A stretch of DNA of 63,530 nt, the filler included, from Chrysochromulina tobinii (lineage: Eukaryota), in NCBI GenBank assembly GCA_001275005.1. It is 6 parts of 6 records of this genome, joined end to end, with 100 filler letters (N's around TTAATTAATTAA, not from the genome) between each part and the next. Parts side by side here need not be neighbours in the genome. Positions count along the whole stretch, not along the records: positions 1 to 11,901 come from JWZX01000193.1; positions 12,002 to 26,602 come from JWZX01000194.1; 4 more parts are not named here. One strand, given 5' to 3'. The notes below the pieces were generated by a model. The model was not told the origin of the DNA. It did no database searches and saw only the letters and a list, made by a program, of their open reading frames with translations. Below are positions 11,812 to 22,260 of this stretch, one piece after another. How positions within the stretch are numbered: the stretch's first letter is position 1; every line of letters starts with the position of its first letter. A program made the translations under genes and the position numbers.

Positions 11812-11901
11812 CTACTGTCGGATTCTGGTTCCATTCGGTCGTCGAGCGAATTTTTTTCCATGCTCTCGCGAGTCGGCCTTTGCGCTGCTCGTCGCCCCAT
11901 T

Positions 11902-12001
11902 NNNNNNNNNNNNNNNNNNNNNNNNNNNNNNNNNNNNNNNNNNNNTTAATTAATTAANNNNNNNNNNNNNNNNNNNNNNNNNNNNNNNNNNNNNNNNNNN
12001 N
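11902..12001. other. Artificial contig spacer
   Basis: N44-TTAATTAATTAA-N44 (stops in all six frames). Confidence 0.99.
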
Positions 12002-12335
12002 GGGTGCCCGGATGCCGATCGCCGAGCGTCGCACGCATCGCCTCGAGCGCCTCGCGGTACAGCCTGCCCGCCTCGTCGAGCTTGCCCTGGTGGTGCAGCA
12101 GCTTCCCCATATTACTAATCGAGATGAGGGTGTCCGGATGCCGATCGCCGAGCGTCGCACGGCTCGCCTCGAGCGCCTCGCGGTACAGCACGCCCGCCTC
12201 GTCGAGCTTGCCATGGTCCTGCAGCAGCGTCGCCAACCGATCCTGCAGCGCCGACGTCGCCCGCTCTTCGCGCGGCATGCGCGCCAGCGCCGCGCGGCCC
12301 TCCGCCGCGAGCCACTCGCGCAGCGACGCGCACAC
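12002..12335 (-). CDS. Kinesin-light-chain-like TPR repeat protein fragment (cut by contig end, 5' part missing or interrupted)
   Basis: Two 42-aa repeats GKLDEAGxLYREALEAxRATLGDRHPxT. Confidence 0.75.
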
Positions 12336-12445
12336 GGTGCAAGTATTCCCCGCATCTCGACTGTATCTTGGCGAATATCTCGCATAAATCTCGCATGATT
12401 AACTAATATCGCGCCCGACATTCCTACCAAAAAAGTTTACAAGGC

Positions 12446-12836
12446 TGTATACCACGTTTCCATTGGGGAGATACGTCGAACCCTAAGGTGCGTGCGTGTA
12501 TAGGTATGGTCCGGTCACCAAAAGCAAACTTTTCTATACCACAATAACGTCACCACCCTTCCCCACAGGGGGAGAGTGGGACCACCCCCCTCTACGGGGG
12601 CGGCCACGACGTCCAACACCGCCACAGGCAAAAAAACGAAACCTCCCAACCCACCCCCCGTCGGGAAAGCGGGGTTCGAGGTGTGGGTTCTCTCTAAGGG
12701 GGGTCTAGTAAGTGTGCACCACTGCAGACCATACCGTACCGTAGTACACGTCCACATCCGTTGGGGATGTACGTCAGAACCTAGGGTGCGTGCGTGTATA
12801 GGTATGGTCCGGTCACCAAAAGCAAACTTTCCTAGT
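12446..12836 (+). mobile_element. Putative nested non-autonomous Helitron-like elements
   Basis: 46-bp identical direct repeat (12487-12532 and 12785-12830), TCTATACC start at 12533, two CTAGT ends (12705 and 12832), AT-richer than the flanks and not clearly coding. Confidence 0.35.
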
Positions 12837-12964
12837 ATGGCGTCCTCGAGCACTGTATCTGCGAAGCCTTCCGTGCATTCCGTGCTTTTACCGCCGGCGC
12901 CGCGCACAGCAACCATCATGGACCATGGATCAATCGTCCACAGCGCACGAACAAGCTTCAACGT

Positions 12965-15900
12965 TCAAGCGCGCCGCTGGCTCTCAGCGACATGTACCGC
13001 AACTGCCGCACAGACCACGGCCTTCACCACGGCCTCCGCCATCAGCATCACCTCCGCGATCTCCTCGATCTCCTCGATCTGCGCGATCTGCGCGATCTCC
13101 TCGATCTGCGCGATCTCCTTGACCTCCGCGATCTCCGCGATTTGAACAGCCGCCACGGCCTCCGCCATCTCCGGCTCGAGCTCCGCCATCTCCGGCTCGA
13201 GCTCCGCCATCTCCGGCTCGAGCTCCGCCATCTCCGGCACGAGCTCCGCCATCTCCGGCTCGAGCTCCGCCATCTCCGGCTCGAGCTCCGCCATCTCCGG
13301 CTCGAGCTCCGCCATCTCCGGCTCGAGCTCCGCCATCTCCGGCTCGAGCTCCGCCATCTCCGGCTCGAGCTCCGCCATCTCCGGCTCCAGCGTCGGGGAA
13401 TCTCTCGTGCCCTCAACGGCTTGCACCACCACTTCTCCCGGAGCTTGCACCACCGCTTCCCCCGGTACGGCGTGCAGCCCTCCAGTCACGCCTGGCGGCG
13501 CGCCTGGTGGCCTGCTGGCAGACCTGCTGGCAGGCCTGCTGGACGGCCTGCTCGGAATATCTCGGGGAATATCTCGGGGTAAATCTCTGCTCGCTTGCTT
13601 GCTGGCAGGCCTGCTGGACGGCCTGCTCGGTATATCTCGGGGGAAATCTCGGGGGAAATCTCGGCCAGCCAAGCCGGGCGGCCTGCTGGGCGGCCTGCCG
13701 CTGGAAGGTCGGGAGGCGTGACGGGACGCGGTGGCGGGCGACCATGGTGTGAAGAGGCCGCCGCTGCTGTAGGTGGCGAGCGCGTCGTAGTAGGCACGGT
13801 TGCTCGGCAGCGGCGAGTGCTTGAGCTGCGCATGCAATCCCAGGAGCTTCATCTCCGATTTGGCCGAGATGAGCGCCGAGCTGAGCGTCGAGTGGTGCGG
13901 CAGTCCCGGGATGGGAAGTTGGCTGCTCTCCACCGATGGGTTGGGAGGTGCCGCCTTGAGGCCATCATACGAGATATTCCCCGAGATAGCCCTCGAGATC
14001 GTCCTGCTCTCCACCGATGGGTTGGGCAGTGCCGCCTTGAGGCCGTAAGCGTACACCGCCGAGGGTGGTCGGCATCGGACCAATGCGGGCCCATTGGGCG
14101 GCACCCAGCGCGGCATTCCAGGGAAGTAATAGCCACGTAGCTCCTCCGAAAGCGACGGCTCCGCTGGCGCTCGATTAGGCAACTCCGCTGGCGCTCGATT
14201 AGGCAACTCGTCCGAGTGATTGGGGTTAGTCTCGATTAGGCAAGTCTTGCAGGTCGTCCGTCTTGGGTGTTGGGTGCTGGTGGCGGCGGCGGTGCCAGGG
14301 CGCGCCGGCCTTGTCAGAGGACCCGAGGTGCCCATCCACTTGACGAAACTTGAGGGCGATCGGGTGGCGGCAGAGGGGGGGCGGGTAGAGGTGCCGGTAG
14401 CAGTCGATGGCGGACGGTTGGGAGTGTACGGCTGGCGGGTTGAGATGCTCGGAGATTGCACGAGATGACGAAGCTCGCCCATCAGCAGTTCTCGACCCTC
14501 GTCCTCCCCTCCCCCTTCCCCTCCCGCCTCCCCCCTTTCCGGCTCCCCCCTTTCCGGCTCCCCCCTTTCCACCTCCCAATCCCCCTCCCCCTCCCCTCGT
14601 CCACCTGCACGTACAGCATCCTCGCCAGCTGAGGCCCGAGCACCGCCGCCCTCGCCGCCTCCATCCGAACCTGACGGTTCCCCACAGCGTTCGCGATCGC
14701 CGCATCGACCTGCTCCTCCACCTTCTCCTTTGCACGCAAAGCCTTCGCCTTCTGCTCCTTTGCCTTCTCGGCCACTCTCTGCGCTCGCCGAGTGAGATCG
14801 CAATCAGGTGCAATCAGGTGCAATCAGGTGCAACCCATCGCAATCAGGCCTTCACGGCCACTCTCTGCGCTCGCGCCGGGTCACCGAGTGAGATCGCAAT
14901 CAGGTGCAATCAGGCCCCATCAAGTGCGATGAAGGTACAAAAGGTGCAGTCGGGTGCAACTACTCGTGGCAATCTCGTGGCACTGACTCGTGGCAATCTC
15001 GTGGCAATCTCGTTGCACTGACTCGTGGCAATCTCGTGGCAATCTCGTGGCAATCTCGTGGCACTCGCCTGCTCGAGCATAACGGCAGATTGAGATCGCT
15101 CGAGATGCACGATCTCCTTGAGGGGCGGCGCGTCGTCGTGGGCGTTCCCATCGAGCTCGGAACGCTCGAGCCAGCACTCAAGCTCAAACACGTCCACCTG
15201 TGATGAGGAGGGCAATCACTCGGAACGCTCGAGCCAGCACTCAAGCTCAAACACGTCCACCTGTGATGAGGAGGGCAATCAAGAAGTCATCTGATAGTAA
15301 TCAGAGTGACCAACCAGAAACCCACCATCACTTGAATCAATGACACTCACAGGCCATCATTGATGAGTGAGGCCATCAGCATGCAATCAGCATGCGATCA
15401 CTTGAATCAATGACACTCACAGGATTACACCGTTCTTGATGAGTGAGGCCATCAGCATGCAATCAGCATGCGATCACCTTTCTTGAGAGCTCGCCACCAA
15501 TCGAGTCGTGCCGCCCAGCCACGAGCTCGAACACCTCGTCTGCGAGTGATCGCATCTCGTCACGGTGCGCGGCCGAAGTGTTGCGAAACAGCGAGCGTAC
15601 CTAATGAAGGAAGATGAAGGAAGATGAAGGACTAATGAAGGAAGATGAAGGAAGGTGAAGGACCAATGAAGGACCAATGAAGGACTGATGAAGGACTGAT
15701 GAAGGAAGATGAAGGACCAATGAAGGACGCACTCAGACATCATGTCAGCGAGGCCACATCCTTCATTGGTCCTTCATTAGTCCTTCATTAGTCCTTCATT
15801 AGGCACACTCAGACGTCATGTCAGCGAGGCCACATCAGAGTATGCCATCGGGTATCGCGACACGTGAGGCAGTCAGCATGCAATCAGCATGCAATTACCA

Positions 15901-18900
15901 TGCGCCCAAACTCAGCCCGATCGAGCGCGGGAAGGGTGCCTTCGGTGCTCTTGTCATACGCGCGTACAAGGTCGAGGGTGGACACCTATAAAGAGGCGAC
16001 CGGGAGCAATCAGGAGGCAATTAGCATTCAATCAGGAGACAGCATGCAATCAGGGTGGACACCTATAAAGAGGCGACAGGGAGAGGGAGAGAGAGTAGTG
16101 GGAGGTAGAAGTTAGAAGTGCGAGTCACTCACTCCGTCTGATTCGAAAGTCGTGCTGACACCCGAGGCGTGCACTCAGGGGCGCTGAGTAATCAATGGTA
16201 ATCAATGGTAATCCGGCCATCACCTTCGCGCCCTCGAGGCTACGCCAGAGCTGCCGCTGAAATAGCGAAGGAGTCCAGTTTAATTGCTCGAGCGGGATAC
16301 TCCTCATCGGGCTGCCTAGTCGGCCGCTGCCGGGCGGCTGCAGCACAAACGCCTTCGCGCGCATCGCGCGCCGATCCGTGCGTCGGTCGAACGGATGGCG
16401 TACCTGCGCATGCATCGCAATCGGAAGCAATCAGCGCCATCAGTGCAATCAGCGCCATCGGTGCAATCAGCGCCATCAGTGCAATCAGCGCCATCGGTGC
16501 AATCAGCGCCATCAGTGCAATCAGCGCCATCAGTGCAATCAGCGCGTAAACCGCGGCACCACTCCCACAGCTGATGAGTGAGGTAATCAGCATGCAATCG
16601 GTCAAATGGAGAGGGTCGCGTACGCCGCGGCACCACTCCCACAGCTGATGAGTGAGGTAATCAGCATGCAATCGGTCAAATGGAGAGGGTCGCGTACGCC
16701 GCGGCACCACTCCCACAGCTCGTCGCCCTCGATCTCGCCGTCCAGATCGAAATCGATCTCCTTGAACACGTCATCGAGCACCCATGGCGTGCCCAAGAAT
16801 CGGAAGGACGCGCGCATGCCTGTGATGAGGGAGGCAATCAGATGCCATCAGCATGCAATCACAGAAGGACGCGCGCATGCCTGTGCACGATGGCATTCAG
16901 TGGCCATCAGTGGCCATCAGTCGCAACCAGTGGCCATCAGTGGTAATGAATCGCAATGAATCGCAATGAATCGCAATGAATCGCAATCACGGCACTCAGA
17001 GAGAAAGGGGGACCAGTGAGATTACAGTGAGATCAGTGAGATTACAGTGAGATCAGTGAGAGAACAGAGTCGTCGTCACTTTCTGAATGAGCGGCAATCG
17101 GCATGCAATCGGCATGCAATCGGCATGCAATCGGCATGCAATCGGCATGCAATCGGCATGCAATCAGCATGCCTGCATGGAACTGCATCACGTCCATCGC
17201 CGGGCTCGCGCCGTCTTGAGCGTCGATTAGGAGCCCTATCACATCGGACAGCATGAAGCCGCTCTGCCTCACATGCTCCTGCAGCTCCTCGCGCACCTGC
17301 ACGCATCGGAATCAGACGCAAGCTCACCGCAATCAGACCCAATCAGACCCCATCAAACCCAATCACACACCTTGGCGCAGTTGGCAGTTCGGTGGGAGCG
17401 TGCAAGCCGCTCCACCGCTCGCTTGGCCTCGGACTCGGCGCGCTTAGCAGCCTGATGAGGGAGGCAATCAGATGCCATCATAATGGGACTTCAGTGGTCA
17501 TTAAATGATCATCGATGGTAATGATTCAGGGCACTTAGGGGCAATCAGGATCATCAGCGGCAGAGCTCGCCTGCATCTCCTTGGGCGAGCATGCAACGCT
17601 CTGCTCGAGCCGACGGTAAGCGGCTGTCGCCTCTGCACTAGCCGCCTCGGCTTCCTTTAGAGCGAAAGCGCTCGGGGACTGCGTGATGGGCGATGGATGG
17701 ACGGATGGCAATTAGTGGCAATTAGTGGCAATTAGTGGCAATTAGTGGCAATTAGCGAAAGCGCTCGGGGACTGCGTGATGGGCGATGGGAAGATGGATG
17801 GCATCATCAGATGGCCACTCCATATGGATGGAGTGCCTCATTAGACTCACGTCGTGCCCCCGGATGCAATCAGCCTGCCATCAGAATGAAATCTGCATGG
17901 CATCGGCATGTCATCAGACTCACGTCGTGCCCCCGGATGCGCCACTGCTGATGAGCGAGGCAATCAGGCTGATGTGCGAGGCAATCAGACTCACGTCGTG
18001 CCCCCGGATGCGCCACTGCTGATGAGCGAGGCAATCAGGCTGATGAGCGAGGCAATCAGACTCACGTCGTGGCCCCGGATGCGCCACAGCTTGGCCCGCT
18101 CCGCCAGCGAGACTGTGCTCGAGACAGCGCCCTCGCTTGTTGCCCTTGCGGACTTGCACGTCCAGGCGAGCGCAATCAGGAAGCGCTTCGCCTCCATCGA
18201 GATGTCCGAGCACCTGATGAGGGAGGCAGTCAGAGGCAGTCAGAGGCCATCACAGAAGGACCCTTCGGCCTCAATGACCTCGGTGATGAGGGAAGCAATC
18301 AGATGCCATCAGAGGCAATCACAGATCGGTCGGTGCACCCTTCGGCCTCAATAGCCTCGGTGAGCTCCAGATGAGGGAGGCAATCAGATGCCATCACAGA
18401 AGGACGCACCCTTCGGCCTCAATAGCCTCGGTGAGCTCCTGATGAGGGAGGCAATCAGAGGCCATCACAGATCGGTCGCACCCTTCGGCCTCAATGGCCT
18501 CGGTGATGAGGAAGGCAATCAGAGGCAATCACATGCCATCACAGAAGGACGCACCCTTCGGCCTCAATAGCCTCGGTGAGCTCCAGATGAGGGAGACAAT
18601 CAGAGGCCATCACAGAAGGACGCACCCTTCGGCCTCAATGGCCTCGGTAAGCTCCTCGTAGCCGATCTCGCCTGATGAGGGATGCAATCAGATGCAATCA
18701 GATGCAATCACAGATCGGTGAGCTCCTCGTAGCCAATCTCGCCTGAGCGGTCTTTATCCAAAGATCGGAAGATGAACTCCGCGCGCGCGCTGAAGCCCAT
18801 GGCCTTGCACACGACGGCGAACTCGTCGCGATCGAGCAGCCCGCCGCGCCCCAGGTACGCCGGCTGCTGGTCGTACTCGCTGAAGGCCGCCTCGAGCGAC

Positions 18901-19437
18901 GCCGCGCCCATCGCAATGCCTCGCTGCGAGAGCGTGAAGCGCAATCAGCATGCAATCAGGAGCGTGAAGTGCAATCAGCATGCAAACAAGAGCGTGAAGC
19001 GCAATCAGCATGCGATCAAGAGCGTGAAGCGCAATCAGCCGCAAATAGGCGCCACCAAGCGCACACAGGTGCTACACAGGTGCACTCAGGCGCAATACCT
19101 GCGAGAGTGTGAAGTAGAAGAAGGAGTTGATGGAGACCCGCTGATCGCCGCTCGTGCCTGGTGGCTCGTGGGACGGCGGCATGGATGGAGGAGGGCCCTC
19201 GTCCTCGCAGCGGTCGGCCTCTTCGAACCACGTCCGGATCACGCTCGCCGGGAACGTGCGACGCACGCGCAACGGCATCATCGAGAACCACTCTTCAAAG
19301 TCGAGAGGCGTCGCGCCGTCCGCATCGTATTCCGAGTAGCGCACCGTGCCCTTGCGCCGCTTCTTGCGCACCTTGACTTTGGCAGACTGCGTCTGCACGA
19401 GGACCGCCTTAATGTTGCGTGTCAGAAGAGCCTTCAT
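12965..19437 (-). CDS. Multi-EF-hand protein, 14 exons (about 1100 aa), low-complexity C-terminus
   Basis: Manually spliced exons 19437-19099, 18923-18743, 18671-18626, 18213-18066, 17678-17571, 17451-17371, 17296-17173, 16819-16698, 16403-16224, 15985-15899, 15600-15478, 15197-15069, 14778-14605 and 14431-12965 give one continuous frame. EF-hand-like loops DADGATPLDFEEW, DKDRSGEIGYEEL and DFDLDGEIEGDEL; 4 of 13 donors are GC. Confidence 0.72.
13160..13390 (-). repeat. 21-nt coding minisatellite, about 11 copies (LEPEMAE)
   Basis: CTCCGCCATCTCCGGCTCGAG tandem array, preceded by 9-nt GATCTCCKC-type repeats. Confidence 0.95.
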
Positions 19438-19699
19438 ATTTTGCAACGACAGCGCCAGCAGGCACGAGGCAGCACAGCAGCAGCTCTCCACCCGCCACAG
19501 AAGTTGCTTTCGGAAACGGGCCACATAACGGCTAAAGGAAGGTGCGCATGCATTCTGACCTTTCTGGATTCTGCACAGATCTTTTACATCCAGAGCAGTG
19601 GTTTCGAATTAAACTTAACTACGTCTCATTTGGGCCTGTAGTATTTCGAGTCCACCCGCCGGTCGCCTCATCCCGCGCGCCTCGAGTGCGTGACAGTTG

Positions 19700-20628
19700 T
19701 CAAGAGCCCACATGCAGAGAGCCCGAGCGCGAGGAGCACAAGCGCCGTGGCGAGCACTTGCATGCAGAGAGCCCGAGCGCGAGCAGCACAAGCGCGGTGC
19801 CGCCCGCGTGTGCAAGGGCGTCTGCCCAGCTGTACTGCTTGGGCGCCGTGATGAGCGCCCCGATGAGCGCCGTGAGCGGTGGCTGCGCGGCGTTGTACAA
19901 GACGAGCGTTGAGGCCTCAAGTTGTCGCGAGGCCCATGCGCGCAGCGAGTACCCTACGCAATGACAGAGGCAATCAGAGAGGCAATCAGAGAGGCAATCA
20001 GAGAGGCAATCAGAGAGGCAATCAGAGAGGCAATCAGAGAGGCAATCAGAGAGGCAATCCGAGGCAATCAGAGGCAATTACCGACGCACGATACAAGGAC
20101 GACGGCGTACGCGACGGCGCAGAGGGCGAGTGGTGTGAAGAGGTCATTCACACCCTCAGCCGAGATTGGGCTCGGAGATTCGAGATGCAGCGAGATGTCG
20201 ACGATCACGGCCGCCGAGATCGTCGCGAGAGATACGAGGTATGCATGCGCCGTCACAGTCACTGGCCCATAGAGGGGAATGCCGTTGGGCGCCGTCTCGG
20301 GCGCATGTCCATCGGTTGAGCACACGCTCAGGACGGCGCCATGGCTGCTGCTGCTGCTGCCACCACTGCCGCGACCGCCGCCGCTGCCGCAGGTGATGGT
20401 GATGGGACTGGGAATGGTAATGGGACTGGTAATGGGCTCAACACCAGGGTGTGAATCGACACCAGGGTGTGTATAAGTCGAAGCGGTGGTGAGCGTGGTG
20501 TTGGGCGCTGTCGTGCGCGCTGTGATGGGCGCTGAGGTGCGCACCAGTCGCTTCTGAATGAGACAGAAGCCCACGATACCAATGCCCTGTCCGAATAAAA
20601 GAGCGCAGCCCACCGTGTACGCGAGCGT

Positions 20629-20660
<32 letters not shown>

Positions 20661-21273
20661 TGACGCCGCCACCGCCGACGCCACTCGTGTCGGACGAAGC
20701 GGAGGCTGCGAGGTTGAGGTTCGTCACTGTGTGGTTGAGGTTCGTCACTGTGTGGTTGAGGTTCGTCACTGCGTGGTTGAGGCTCGTCAGCTGGATGAGC
20801 AGCACGCCGCTGCCAGCGAAGAGCGCACTAAACGATTTGCTGATAGTCAGGCGCTCCTGCTGCAGCAGCGCGGCCATGAGCGCCGCGGTCGTCGGCTCGA
20901 TGCACTGGAACAGAGCGGCGGTGTCGGCATCCGTGAGGGCGACTCCCCCGGCGAAGCACATCTGAAAGGCTCCAAGCAGCAAACCGAGTGCGAGGAAAGC
21001 GGTGCGGTGCTCCCTAGCAGGCCACTGCAGCGGACCCTCCACCGCCACCGCCCAGGCGTAGAGGAGAATGAGCGCCGCCGCATCGCGAACCGCAGCAAAC
21101 GCCAACGGGCTCACGCCGCCGTGCAGCGTCTGCGAGAGCACGACGTTGAAGCCGCTGGAGATGGCGGCAGCGATGATGAGGGCGGCGTGAGATTTCACCT
21201 CGAGAGCTCGATCGGCGGCACTGGCCCTCTTCGGAGCAGGCAGCAGTGCGGAGAGCGCGTCATCCGTCGGCAT
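19700..21273 (-). CDS. EamA/DMT (WAT1-like) membrane transporter; intron 19954-20081
   Basis: Multiple TMs, VSPLAFAAVRD, TAALFQCIEP, ERLT and STLVLYNAAQPPLTALIG. The intron is a (CTCTGATTGCCT)n array, and splicing G|GT...TAG|GG restores the frame. Confidence 0.85.
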
Positions 21274-21733
21274 TTCACGATGAAATCACACACTGTCTCC
21301 CATTCACATTCACACACATCATGTTGTGAATGTGCATCTCTCCAGGCACGACCTTTTCAACTGTGAGTTGGTGCCTTCTCGTGGTCGAACTAGGCTGCGC
21401 CTTAGCCATACGTCTAGACGAGGGAACGGAAGTCCCCGCGTCGATAGATCACACTACACAAGAACCGAGCTACTGTATAGCCTGTACCGTACACCCGCAC
21501 CACCACCAGGCTTTATGGTAGATGCTCACGCCATCGGCCTTGTAGACTCTTCGATAGGGATAGCGGCATGCACATCACCCCAGGCCACGCCCGCACCAGG
21601 CTTCATTCACAGCTTCATTCACAACACACCCTCACCCACACGATAACAAGTACCATGGTAGTTTCGTATCGACCCCCACCCCAACCTCGCCCCACCGGCT
21701 ATGGTCTATCATTAGAGCTGTGGGGAGTGCATT

Positions 21734-21845
21734 GAAGAAGCTGGCTCGTTACAGCTGTGAAGAAGCTGTGAAGAAGCTGTGAAGAAGCTGTGAAGAAGCT
21801 GTGAAGAAGCTGTGAGAAGCTGTGAAGAAGCTGGCTCGTTACAGC
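21734..21845. repeat. 11-nt tandem array (GAAGAAGCTGT) bounded by a 22-nt direct repeat
   Basis: GAAGAAGCTGGCTCGTTACAGC occurs at both ends. Confidence 0.9.
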
Positions 21846-22191
21846 GTTGTTTCTCCTGCGGCCGCCGGCGCAGCGTACGCGGTCGACAAGCACGACTATC
21901 TCTCTTGCTCCAAGAGCCATCTAGCGGCGCGCTCCGTCGCAGAGGCCGCTGGAGCATTCGCTCGTTCGGCGTCGCTGCTTCTGCTACTGCTCGCGACGGC
22001 GCCAGGCTTGGCAGTGGCGGCGGAGGTGCTGCTGCTGCTCGTCAGCGCCCCGGAAGGTGCCGGCGGCGGCGGCGGCGGCGCGAGTGCTCACGGCGGCGCG
22101 AGTGCTCACGGCGGCGCGAGTGCTCACGGCGGCGCGAGTGCTCACGGCGGCGCGAGTGCTCTTGCCGCTGCCGTTGCTGCTCCTGCCGTTG

Positions 22192-22232
<41 letters not shown>

Positions 22233-22260
22233 AATCCTGCTGCTGCCGCTGCTGCTGCTG

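Noticed and set aside
11902..12001. N-flanked TTAATTAATTAA palindrome (five occurrences)
   Set aside because: Artificial six-frame-stop contig linker. Adjacency across these spacers has no biological meaning.
18214..18625. Repeat/spacer-like periodic array resembling CRISPR
   Set aside because: The units are copies of the adjacent exon end inside a eukaryotic intron. The spacers are not unique and there are no cas genes.
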